Origin: Bacteroidales bacterium
GTDB taxonomy: Bacteria; Bacteroidota; Bacteroidia; Bacteroidales; UBA10428
Assembly: GCA_016938235.1 (NCBI GenBank)
Contig: JAFGVA010000198.1
Coordinates: forward strand, 64,752 to 128,751
DNA: 64,000 nt
Reading direction: 5' to 3'
Every line of letters starts with the position of its first letter. The stretch's first letter is position 1. Both the position numbers and the translations under genes were made by a program. Shown in pieces: positions 15,001 through 23,445 of the stretch. The notes beneath the pieces are model-generated. The model worked only from the letters and a program-made list of their open reading frames with translations. It was not told the origin of the DNA and ran no database searches.

Positions 15001-15228
15001 CGTCTCAAATCCTGTCAGTTTGGTTACACATTGCCGAAATCCATGGCAGAAAAGTTTCGCTTCGAGAGATTCAGAATATATGTTGGAGGCCGAAACCTGA
15101 TTACTATAACCAGGTACACCGGAACCGATCCTGAGATAGGCGGTAGTGATCCTACTGCAATGGGAATTGACTGGGGGGTTTATCCTCAGGTAAAGATGTA
15201 CAACATGGGGCTAAATGTTACCTTTTAG
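12007..15228 (+). CDS. SusC/RagA-family TonB-dependent outer-membrane transporter
   Basis: 1073 aa. It has a CarboxypepD_reg-like N-domain (GVISDENAQPMPGANVSVKGTSSGTISDMNGRFSI), a TonB box/plug (EEVLVVGYGVQRK, GKAAGVQV) and a barrel ending GLNVTF. A SusD-like gene follows directly. Confidence 0.9.
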   Translation: MKRTTNQNEFLRRLYKLILLGIIMLNALNIAYAQTNVMQGVISDENAQPMPGANVSVKGTSSGTISDMNGRFSIDLSDFENPVLTISFVGYLTEEVIVGDQSEINIQLIPDLMSLEEVLVVGYGVQRKSDLTGAIASVSSKNLSNTPSSGLVQALQGKAAGVQVFNNSGMPGAGITVRIRGINSITTVNGSTGGPLYIIDGIPGDINSINQNDIEHIEVLKDASSQAIYGSSGGNGVILITTKNGSYNQKPKIELSMYKGIQSNDLRVDLCNTEEWIQVYNSLQVNTDDPILDDPVTLPNTNWWDEISHNAAMEDYNLSVSSGTEHSKSLFSLGYFNQDGIVKKTDYKRYTIRLNSSATVAKRLTIGENINISATQQRGMYDNSSWGSIVAAALNTSPICYVRDTTAMSQSEASDKNIGWGGWGSPYYGAGVGNPAVSIYYDNRQTGTYRAAGNLFANLEIVKGLTYNQNFGFDVNFYEMDNYLPYYNVAVVMQNLIPKVERELDRNLSWNWQHVVDYKREFSNDQNIGIMAGFEASENFGKTLFGRADSLIKGGATPEFQVIDATLRSKGSDYYLSRGTAWHGAHYAYFGRANYDYKNILLAQVTYRYDGSTNFGPKYRFGSFPSFSTGFKFSELSYIKNSVPALSFGKIRFGWGVTGNDHIPSSKFYSLVDQQPRYGYIIGGREVPGGVALAPGNPLLHWETITTYNYGLDVNFFNNKLSITADYFNKNTSGMLQTIDLPMVAGRFGLPGTDGQYAEHVGGLTNKGIELTIGHKDKVGELNYSVDFNFTKIVSSLYDMYDSLMLKNDSRSLSKDGSAPGLFFGYQTDGLFRPEDADYILDPGATKERYVVVNQPYRINVNGAKVFLQNGALPGDLRFIDTNGDTMINDQDRVVIGDPNPKFTFGFTINLEYKGFDINCFFQGSYGNDIYNAIKSSWYSPTGSGNWSTGALDAYRDPVYDENGTLIDPGNTTSDQFRLVSGNNYRISDWYVEDGSYIRLKSCQFGYTLPKSMAEKFRFERFRIYVGGRNLITITRYTGTDPEIGGSDPTAMGIDWGVYPQVKMYNMGLNVTF

Positions 15229-15271
15229 CACATTAGTACTGAGTAATATTCTGTTTTTTCCAAATTAAATA

Positions 15272-17005
15272 ATGAATAAAATGAAAAAAATCATATATAC
15301 AATAAGTCTGATTGCATTTGTAAGTCTGTTATTTACAGAATGCAGCGAAGAATTCCTAAATATTAAGCCCATTGGAAAAGTAAATGAGCTTAGTTTTTTT
15401 AGCGATACAGCCAACATGGATATTGCAATTAACGGTATTTATAATGCATTTGAATACAAAGAAAATCTGGACGTTTATGATGAGTTCAGAATGTATATGG
15501 GTAGTGTTGCTTCAGATGAAGCAGAATGTGGAGGAGACACACCTACCGCATGGGCCGAAGGGTATTCATACGATGAACTTACCTATGACCCTTCTGCCAG
15601 TATTTTAGAAATTCTATATGGAGCAATGTTTGCAGGGGTTTCTCGTGCATCTCAGGTTATTGAGCAACTTCCTGAAGCAAAGCAACTTGAAGGAATCGAC
15701 ACTGTTAAAGTGAATGTAAGGCTTGGTGAAGCCCATTTTTTGAGGGCAGCCTTTTACTTTGTATTGACAAGAGCTTTTGGTGGAGTACCGGTTGTTGATC
15801 ATATCCTTCTTGCCTCAGAATACAACACCATACCAAGAGGTACAATAAAAGAAGTTTATACTCTTATGGAAAGTGATTTGAAGAAAGCAATAAAGTATTT
15901 ACCACTTGAAAGCGAAATGTCTTCGGGTGATAAAGGAAGAGCTACGAAAGGATCTGCCCAGTCACTTTTGGCCAAGATGTTTGTATTTGAGGCATCGTAC
16001 TATACCTATTACGGTACCAACGATGTTCGAATGGGAGAAGTTCAGGATCGTTGGGCAGAAGCATTATACTTATGCGAAACGGTAATTAATTCGGGAGAGT
16101 ATGAACTCTTAGGTGCTGGAGGCGAAACATATGAAACCTTCTGGGGACCAACAACAAATGGCTTCCGATATCTTTTTAGTGTTGAGGGTAATAATAACAA
16201 GGAAAGCATTTTTGCAATTCAACATTCATTAGATCAGATTGGATATAATATAAACCGGGGAACAGCTCTTAATATGTTTGTTGGAACAAGGGCTTTATAT
16301 CTCGACGATGCTCAGACACAAATGTCTTCTGAAGGTTCGCATACCTGGGGTTTCTGGGCGCCGACACACAAACTGTATAATATGTTTCATCCTGATGATG
16401 TGCGCAGAAAAGTTGCTATAGGTGAAGGCCCTAACCCCGAAACCGGATATAAAGGTGATAGTATTTATTGCGCTCCCGATGGTAATGAACCAGGATGGTA
16501 TGTAATAGTTCCTACAAGATATCCGGCAACCGGTTTTGAGGCATTTAAATACGAAATTGGCCCCCATTTAGGTTCATTCCAGGGATTGGAATGGCAGGCT
16601 AATCCACAAAATCAGTATTACCTGCGCTATGCCGATGTTGTTTTATTGGCTGCTGAATCAGCAATGATGACCAATGATCAAACAAAGGCTAAAACCTATT
16701 TCAATATGATTCGTGAAAGGGCCAGGAATTGCGGCGATGGCGTTAATCCGGCCGATTTATCCGGAGATGTTACCAAAAAAGAAATAATGGACGAACGTTC
16801 AAGGGAGTTTGCCTGTGAAGGTGAGCGATTCTTCGACCTGGTAAGATGGCATGAAGCATACAACGAGATTAACGGCACACGCATGGAATGGTGGGACGAC
16901 AGCTATAATGATCTTATTTATGAAGAACCTAAAAACGATTTCTTTCCGCTTCCGTCTATCGATGTTTCGAAAAACAGTTCTTTAAATCAATATGCAGGTT
17001 GGTAA
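15272..17005 (+). CDS. SusD/RagB-family surface glycan-binding lipoprotein
   Basis: 577 aa with a lipoprotein signal (LLFTECS). SusD-type blocks are RAAFYFVLTRAFGGVPV, YLRYADVVLLAAES and ERSREFACEGERFFDLVRW. It sits 43 nt after susC. Confidence 0.85.
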   Translation: MNKMKKIIYTISLIAFVSLLFTECSEEFLNIKPIGKVNELSFFSDTANMDIAINGIYNAFEYKENLDVYDEFRMYMGSVASDEAECGGDTPTAWAEGYSYDELTYDPSASILEILYGAMFAGVSRASQVIEQLPEAKQLEGIDTVKVNVRLGEAHFLRAAFYFVLTRAFGGVPVVDHILLASEYNTIPRGTIKEVYTLMESDLKKAIKYLPLESEMSSGDKGRATKGSAQSLLAKMFVFEASYYTYYGTNDVRMGEVQDRWAEALYLCETVINSGEYELLGAGGETYETFWGPTTNGFRYLFSVEGNNNKESIFAIQHSLDQIGYNINRGTALNMFVGTRALYLDDAQTQMSSEGSHTWGFWAPTHKLYNMFHPDDVRRKVAIGEGPNPETGYKGDSIYCAPDGNEPGWYVIVPTRYPATGFEAFKYEIGPHLGSFQGLEWQANPQNQYYLRYADVVLLAAESAMMTNDQTKAKTYFNMIRERARNCGDGVNPADLSGDVTKKEIMDERSREFACEGERFFDLVRWHEAYNEINGTRMEWWDDSYNDLIYEEPKNDFFPLPSIDVSKNSSLNQYAGW

Positions 17006-17016
17006 AATTCAAATAG

Positions 17017-17070
17017 GAAAAAGAAATTCTGTTGTATCATTATACAGAATTTCTTCCTTATTATTTTTAA
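17017..17070 (+). terminator. Rho-independent terminator after the susD-like gene
   Basis: A perfect 12-bp stem (AAGAAATTCTGT at 17021-17032 pairing with ACAGAATTTCTT at 17044-17055) is followed by the T-rich CCTTATTATTTTT. Confidence 0.55.
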
Positions 17071-17353
17071 TTTGAAAACTGATTATATGTCCCTGTCCCC
17101 TTTGTTGACGAAATATCAGGCTGATACCAATTTCCTGTACTTAACATTCAGTTAACCAGAGAACTATATATGTATTCCACATTGGTGCATTCTCTGATTT
17201 AGACTATTGAACGTAAAAACCCACTTAACAATCAATAATCACACAGCACACCTTTTATGTTACCCATATACAATTTTCAGTTACTAAGACACAAACAGTC
17301 TATCTGAATTTGCCATACTTTAGAAAATTTTAATAGATTATTACATCCATCTC

Positions 17354-19966
17354 ATGAAGTTCATCCACTTTATAATTTTCAGTCTCTTTTTTGTTGCCTG
17401 CAGCGACAATATTGTCAACAGTTATTCTCATACCGAAAAGGGAATAATTGTTAATCTGAATGATGGTACACTCGCAATATATCCTCTAACTCAGAATACC
17501 GTTAGAATAAAATTCCTGAAAGACTCATTGGAAAGACTGCCAGAGTTAATCTTAACTGAACCATATATAACTCCTGAATTTAAAGTGATTGAAAACGCTT
17601 CAGAAATTGAAGTGTACACAAAAAAAATTAAGGTGCTTGTAAACAAAAAAAATGGAAATTTATCTTACGCTGATTCAACAGACAAGATTTTTTTACGGGA
17701 GAAACCAGGAACCCGGAAATTAATTTCGGATACCCTAATTAATGAAAAATGTTATTTATCGGAACAAAGCTTTATTTCTCCTTCCGATGAATTTATATTC
17801 GGCCTGGGTCAGTTTCAGGATGGAAATTTCAATTTGAAGGGGATTAGTCGCCGTTTAACCCAGGTAAACTCTCAAATTGCCTTGCCCTTTATATATTCCA
17901 GTAAAGGATACGGAATCCTTTGGCATCAATACGGTTTAACCGATTTTAACCCTGCCGGTAATCGGATAGAATTAAAAAAAATTGAACAAGCCGACAATAA
18001 TGACGAAATGGTTGAAGTTACAACCACCACCGGAGCACAAAAAGTTTCACTTAATCAGTCGCTTTATACAGGTAAATTCAAAGTTGCCCAAGAGGGAGAA
18101 TACAGCATATTCCTCAATTTAGGTGAAATGGGTAATCGCCATTTTGTAACGATTGACGGAAACCCCATCCTGGATCAGTCCAATATGTGGCTTCCTCCTA
18201 CAGCAGGCACACTCGTTCATTTGAATGCAGGAGAACATGAAGTACAGTTAATCTGCAAATCTGACAATACACCTGAACTATCCTGGAAGCTTAAAGATAA
18301 TACAACTACTTTCCGCTCCCCGGTTACAAAAATGCTCGATTATGTTGTTTTTTATGGTCCTGAGGCCGATACTGTAATTGCCACTTATCGCAAACTCTCA
18401 GGCATAGCCCCTCTTTTCCCTAAATGGGCATACGGTTTTTGGCAATGTCGCGAACGGTACACTTCCGGAAGTCATTTGGTAGAGACTCTGAAGGAGTTCC
18501 GCCAAAGAAAACTTCCTGTGGATGTAATTGTTCAGGACTGGCAATATTGGGGCAACAGAGGCTGGGGTGTTCCCCAGTTCGATGAAACAAACTACGCCAA
18601 TCCTTCAAAATTTATTCAGGAAATACATGATCTTAATGCACATTTTAACATATCTATTTGGTCGAACCCCGATAAGAATTCTGATATAGGCAAAAAATAT
18701 GTTGAACGTGATCGGTTTATTCCAGGCACAAAATGGCTTGATTATTTTAATCCCGATACACGTCGGGAATATTGGACTACCCTAAAAGAAAACATGTTTG
18801 ACTTTGGTGTTGATTCATGGTGGATGGATGCCGTTGAACCCGAAAACGATGCACTTAAAGGAGTTCAAACACATAGCGGGTTGGGCGATTTTTACAGGTT
18901 AACCTATCCACTTATGGTAAGCCAGGCAGTGTACGAAGGTCAGCGCGAAATTACTTCTGAAAAAAGAGTTTGTATTCTAACCCGTTCAGCATTTCTTGGA
19001 CAGCAACGTTACGGTATCATCAATTGGTCAGGCGATATTGGTGGAAATTGGGATGCCTACAGACGACAAATCGTAGCCGGATTAAATTATTCAATAAGCG
19101 GATTGCCTTATTGGACGACAGATATAGGTGGTTTTTTCCGACCAGGTAATTCTCAGTATTCTGATACAAAATATCACGAGCTGCTTCTCAGATGGTTTCA
19201 ATGGGGTGCTTTCAACCCCATATTCAGAAGTCATGGATTCATGTCAGAAACCGAGCCATGGAAATATGGAGCAATTGTTGAAGATAATATGCGCAAAATG
19301 CTTAATCTGCGGTACAGATTGCTTCCCTATATCTATTCCGAAGCCTGGAAAGTTACACACAATGGTTCAAGCATAATGCGGCCTCTGGTAATGGATTTTA
19401 AAGATGATTCAATAGCAGTTAAGCAAGCTTATCAATATATGTTTGGCAAATCGATTATGGTGGCACCGGTAACAGAGGCTGAAATAAATGAATGGACCGT
19501 TTATCTTCCTGAAGCATGCAATTGGTTTAACTTCTACACCGGAGATACCATTCAAGGCGGGAAAACAATAAAAGTTGAAGCACCTTTGGATAAAATACCC
19601 TTGTTTATTAAAGCAGGCTCTATTATTCCTGTTGGTTCTCTGGTACAGTATTCCACAGAAAAAACACAAGATAATCTGGATATTTATATCTATCGGGGTG
19701 CCGATGCCGAATTTATCCTTTACGAAGATGAAAATGATAATTACAACTATGAAAAAGGAGCTTATACAACCATAAGGTTTTTATGGAACGATGTAAATAA
19801 ATCGCTTACTATTGGAGAAAGAACAGGCGACTTTCAAACTTGTATACAAAACAGACGCTTCAACCTTATTCTTGTAGATAGTACGAATCTTAACGAGGGA
19901 TTTGCTAATAATAAATTATCAACTCCGGTAAATTATACAGGCAAAGAGATTAAATTAAAACTATAA
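17354..19966 (+). CDS. GH31 glycoside hydrolase with PA14-like insertion, probable alpha-xylosidase, lipoprotein
   Basis: 870 aa with the signal FFVACS. GH31 blocks are KWAYGFWQCRERY, VIVQDWQYWG, the nucleophile context SWWMDAVEPE and the acid/base context INWSGDIGG. The insert YTGKFKVAQEGEYSIFLNLGEMGNRHFVTIDG resembles the PA14 module of characterised xyloglucan alpha-xylosidases. Confidence 0.8.
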   Translation: MKFIHFIIFSLFFVACSDNIVNSYSHTEKGIIVNLNDGTLAIYPLTQNTVRIKFLKDSLERLPELILTEPYITPEFKVIENASEIEVYTKKIKVLVNKKNGNLSYADSTDKIFLREKPGTRKLISDTLINEKCYLSEQSFISPSDEFIFGLGQFQDGNFNLKGISRRLTQVNSQIALPFIYSSKGYGILWHQYGLTDFNPAGNRIELKKIEQADNNDEMVEVTTTTGAQKVSLNQSLYTGKFKVAQEGEYSIFLNLGEMGNRHFVTIDGNPILDQSNMWLPPTAGTLVHLNAGEHEVQLICKSDNTPELSWKLKDNTTTFRSPVTKMLDYVVFYGPEADTVIATYRKLSGIAPLFPKWAYGFWQCRERYTSGSHLVETLKEFRQRKLPVDVIVQDWQYWGNRGWGVPQFDETNYANPSKFIQEIHDLNAHFNISIWSNPDKNSDIGKKYVERDRFIPGTKWLDYFNPDTRREYWTTLKENMFDFGVDSWWMDAVEPENDALKGVQTHSGLGDFYRLTYPLMVSQAVYEGQREITSEKRVCILTRSAFLGQQRYGIINWSGDIGGNWDAYRRQIVAGLNYSISGLPYWTTDIGGFFRPGNSQYSDTKYHELLLRWFQWGAFNPIFRSHGFMSETEPWKYGAIVEDNMRKMLNLRYRLLPYIYSEAWKVTHNGSSIMRPLVMDFKDDSIAVKQAYQYMFGKSIMVAPVTEAEINEWTVYLPEACNWFNFYTGDTIQGGKTIKVEAPLDKIPLFIKAGSIIPVGSLVQYSTEKTQDNLDIYIYRGADAEFILYEDENDNYNYEKGAYTTIRFLWNDVNKSLTIGERTGDFQTCIQNRRFNLILVDSTNLNEGFANNKLSTPVNYTGKEIKLKL

Positions 19967-19980
19967 AAAAAAAGTACAAT

Positions 19981-20886
19981 ATGAAATTAAGAACTCAGAT
20001 ATTATTTTTCTTATCTGCTTTGGTATTTATAACCGGATATTCTCAAAGTTCTGAAGAAATTAAACAGGCTCAACAAAACAATGAAGACGATATTTCAATA
20101 GTTCAGGAAAACGAAGAATTATATGTTTTTCTTTGCTTTGGCCAATCGAACATGGAGGGAAATGCACGGTTTGAACCTCAGGATACACTAGACATAAGTA
20201 AACGTTTCCGAGTTATGTCAACTATTGATTGCCCCGATTTGGGAAGAACAAAAGGAAACTGGTATATAGCTAAACCTCCTCTTTGTCGCTGTTATACAGG
20301 ATTAACACCTGCCGATTATTTTGGAAGAACACTGGTCAACAGTCTGCCTGAACATATCAAAATCGGTATCATAAATGTATCGGTGGGCGGCTGTAAAATT
20401 GAGTTGTTTGATAAAGATAATTATGCATCATATATTGAGTCATCTCCCGGCTGGCTTAAAAATATGGCAAATGAATACGATGGAAATCCTTATGGCAGGC
20501 TGGTTGAAATGGCAAAACTTGCACAAAAGGATGGAACTATTAAGGGGATTTTATTACACCAGGGAGAATCTAACACCAACGATACATTGTGGACACATAA
20601 AGTGAAACTTGTATACTACGATTTAATAGCCGATTTAAATCTTGACCCACAAGATGTTCCCTTATTAGCCGGCGAAATGCTAAGTGCTGGACAGGGAGGT
20701 AAATGTGCCAGCATGAATTCAATCATAGCAACACTTCCAGAACAATTACCTAACTCATATGTTATACCTTCTGATGGTTGTCCGGGAACTCCAGATGGAT
20801 TGCATTTTACGGCAGAAGGTTACCGAATTCTTGGTGCAAGATATGCCGAAGAGATGCTTTCCATCCTAAAAAATATAGAACCTTGA
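19981..20886 (+). CDS. SASA/DUF303-type (SGNH-like) carbohydrate O-acetylesterase, secreted
   Basis: 301 aa with a signal peptide. Blocks are FLCFGQSNMEGN (catalytic Ser), LLHQGESN and DGLHFTAEGY (His). Confidence 0.75.
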   Translation: MKLRTQILFFLSALVFITGYSQSSEEIKQAQQNNEDDISIVQENEELYVFLCFGQSNMEGNARFEPQDTLDISKRFRVMSTIDCPDLGRTKGNWYIAKPPLCRCYTGLTPADYFGRTLVNSLPEHIKIGIINVSVGGCKIELFDKDNYASYIESSPGWLKNMANEYDGNPYGRLVEMAKLAQKDGTIKGILLHQGESNTNDTLWTHKVKLVYYDLIADLNLDPQDVPLLAGEMLSAGQGGKCASMNSIIATLPEQLPNSYVIPSDGCPGTPDGLHFTAEGYRILGARYAEEMLSILKNIEP

Positions 20887-21043
20887 AATGATTACACACG
20901 TATTGTATAAATGCATCTCCAAACAAGAAAATATTTCATTTATGCTAGAATGGAATACATTTTTACAAGCATGCTGTTATAATATTGTATATTTTTAAGC
21001 ACAATTAAACTATAGAAAAACACATACTCATATAAAACAAAAA

Positions 21044-23350
21044 GTGATGAAGAATTCCAAAACTCCAGAAAATTTATTAACAAGATTAAAACGTAAACTT
21101 ATCTCATTCAAATTCCCACCAAAATTTATTTTCATTTTTATGGGAATCGCTTCTACCCTGTGGTTTTTAATCAGGGTATTACCAAAACCTCAAAGAGCAG
21201 GCTACCCTTGTATTAGAGCAGCAGCTCCTATTATGTCAGGTTTTGTAATTTATATTCTCTCTTTAGGAGGAATTACATTATTTTTCAAAAAAGCTGTTGA
21301 AAAATTCAAAAAAGCTAAATACATGGCTGCAGTTTTTGCCTCAGTTGCCGCAGTTGGTATATTAGTAATTTTCAACTGGGTTGATGCACAGCGATTAATT
21401 GCAAATACTACTTTTACCCGCGGAGTATTACCCGATGCCCCAAACAATCCAATGGGGCAGGCATTTGGCGTAAACCCGGGTCGTGTAGTATGGGTGTGGA
21501 ACCCTGCTGCTACAAACAAAGATTGCGAAAACGTGGTAGTTTCAACCGGTGGCTGGTGGAGCCAGGTTATGGACTGGGAAAACTCAGACGCCTTTTTTAT
21601 GCCAAAAAACAACAACCAGGATACCATAAATAAAATGGCCGATGACGCAATTAAAGCTCTTGCAGGAGAAACTACTGTAGCCAATGCCTGGGATGCTCTT
21701 TTTAATAATTTTAATGAAAGAAAAAACGGCACAGCAGCTGGTTATACAGCTGGTCAGACAATTTTTATTAAAGTAAACAACGGACAGGCTGGTTGGGCTA
21801 TAAACAGTAGCGACTTATCAGAAAAAGGTAATAATTCTGCAACCGGAGTAGAAAATGCAGCAATGGCAAATACCACACCCGCAACTGTGGTGGCAATCCT
21901 TCGTCAATTAATTGATGAGTGCGGAATTGCACAAAGCGATATTTATGTTGCCGAACCAATGACCCATGTATATAAAAGTTTATACGACGCAATAAATAAC
22001 GTTTATCCCGATGTTGTTGTATTGGATAAAGAAGATAAAAGCAGCCTTGGAAGAACACAAACTTCAGGCTGGAAATCAAATTCTATTATTTATTCCGATA
22101 AAGGTTCAGATATGCCTGACGGAATAAAAGATGTTCTTATGAATGAAATGTATAATGCCGATTACCTTATTAACATACCGGCATTAAAAGCCCATGCCCG
22201 TGGAGGCGTTACACTTACTGCAAAGAATCATTTTGGTTCTCATGGCGATCATGGTGGAAACGACTGGGGCTCTTTCACTCTTCACGATGGTTTGATTTGC
22301 ACCGTAGATAATGATGTGTTTTCGAGCGGTGTTCGTGGAGATTACGGAATGTACAGGGTGCTGACAGACATAATGGGACACGATAAACTTGGTGGTAACA
22401 CCATTCTTTTTGTAATGGACGGATTATGGGGTGGCATTGAAGCAACCGATATGCCTGTTCATTGGAATATGGCTCCTTTTAACGGCGACTTTCCAAATTC
22501 ATTATTACTTGCTCAGGATGCCGTTGCATTAGAATCGGTATGTCTCGACTTTCTGAGAGCCGAAGCAGATAATAATGCCGATTTCAATGACAGACCTTAC
22601 TTCCCGGCTGTAGATGACCATATTCATCAGGCTGCAGAAAAGGCAAACTGGGCTCAAGGGTTTATTTATGACCCTGAAAATGACGGAACAGAAATGCCAT
22701 CAATGGGTGTTCATGAACATTGGAACAATTCAACAGACAAACAATATTCGAAAAACTTATTCTCAAACGGTACTGGTATAGAATTGTTCTCAATTCCTTC
22801 TTCATTAGTAAATAATGAATCTGCCGTTGCCAATTCCCTTACAGTTACCGTTACAACAAAAGGTACACCTGTTGAAGATGCAATTGTTGTTATTAATGGA
22901 TCTAAATATCGCACCAATTCTGCAGGTGAAGCAGTAATCGGCAATATGACTGATGTTGCTGATTTGAGTTATTCGGTACAAAAACAAGGTTATACCAATT
23001 ACAATGGACAAGTTGTAATTTCAGGCGATGCTGAAGTTAATGTCGAACTTGAAAAAACTACGGGTATTGGAGCAACAAATTCCAATAATAACTTCTCTGT
23101 TTATCCTAATCCAAGTACAGAAAGTACAACGCTCTCGTATTACCTTGATTTAAACAGCAATGTAACCATAACACTAATTGCAATGAATGGCAAACAACTT
23201 ACTTTAATTGAAAATGAGTATTTAAGTGCAGGTGCACATACATTGACAATTAATACAAATGTTCTTTCCAGTGGAATCTATGTTTGTAAGGTGTTTTCTA
23301 AATCTGGCGCAAATCAGTCAATTCAAAACATTAAGCTTATTGTACAATAA
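21044..23350 (+). CDS. DUF362-like domain protein with an Ig-like (CarboxypepD_reg-like) module and a T9SS C-terminal sorting domain; function unknown
   Basis: 768 aa. The DUF362-like blocks are IFIKVNNGQAGW, TTPATVVAILRQLIDECGI..IYVAEP and INIPALKAHARGGVTLTAKNHFGSHG. The C-terminus FSVYPNPSTESTTLSYYL...GIYVCKVFS is a Por/T9SS tail. The start is ambiguous: GTG 21044, ATG 21047, or the internal ATG 21323, which would give a clean Sec signal (MAAVFASVAAVGILVIFNWVDA|Q). Confidence 0.6.
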   Translation: MMKNSKTPENLLTRLKRKLISFKFPPKFIFIFMGIASTLWFLIRVLPKPQRAGYPCIRAAAPIMSGFVIYILSLGGITLFFKKAVEKFKKAKYMAAVFASVAAVGILVIFNWVDAQRLIANTTFTRGVLPDAPNNPMGQAFGVNPGRVVWVWNPAATNKDCENVVVSTGGWWSQVMDWENSDAFFMPKNNNQDTINKMADDAIKALAGETTVANAWDALFNNFNERKNGTAAGYTAGQTIFIKVNNGQAGWAINSSDLSEKGNNSATGVENAAMANTTPATVVAILRQLIDECGIAQSDIYVAEPMTHVYKSLYDAINNVYPDVVVLDKEDKSSLGRTQTSGWKSNSIIYSDKGSDMPDGIKDVLMNEMYNADYLINIPALKAHARGGVTLTAKNHFGSHGDHGGNDWGSFTLHDGLICTVDNDVFSSGVRGDYGMYRVLTDIMGHDKLGGNTILFVMDGLWGGIEATDMPVHWNMAPFNGDFPNSLLLAQDAVALESVCLDFLRAEADNNADFNDRPYFPAVDDHIHQAAEKANWAQGFIYDPENDGTEMPSMGVHEHWNNSTDKQYSKNLFSNGTGIELFSIPSSLVNNESAVANSLTVTVTTKGTPVEDAIVVINGSKYRTNSAGEAVIGNMTDVADLSYSVQKQGYTNYNGQVVISGDAEVNVELEKTTGIGATNSNNNFSVYPNPSTESTTLSYYLDLNSNVTITLIAMNGKQLTLIENEYLSAGAHTLTINTNVLSSGIYVCKVFSKSGANQSIQNIKLIVQ

Positions 23351-23362
23351 TACAATTTTTCA

Positions 23363-23393
23363 TTTCCCGGGAAAAGCTGCTTTTCCCGGGAAA
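23363..23393. repeat. Two copies of the 12-nt palindrome TTTCCCGGGAAA, together forming a near-perfect 15-bp hairpin
   Basis: TTTCCCGGGAAAAGC-T-GCTTTTCCCGGGAAA is read directly from the intergenic spacer between the DUF362 and propeller genes. No U-tract follows on either strand. Confidence 0.6.
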
Positions 23394-23445
23394 ATAAAAA
23401 CCCAACTCCTCCTTTGAAAATATATAGAAACCAAAAACGTGAAAA

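Noticed and set aside
21250-21732. A 160-aa ORF antisense to the 5' part of the DUF362-like gene, the longest antisense ORF in the window
   Set aside because: It has no recognisable motif and a low-complexity Ala/Ser/Thr-rich composition typical of a shadow frame, and it lies fully inside a well-supported coding region. I treat it as spurious.
23363-23393. The TTTCCCGGGAAA hairpin read as a rho-independent terminator
   Set aside because: No U/T tract follows the stem on either strand, so I report it as a palindromic repeat or possible regulatory element rather than a terminator.
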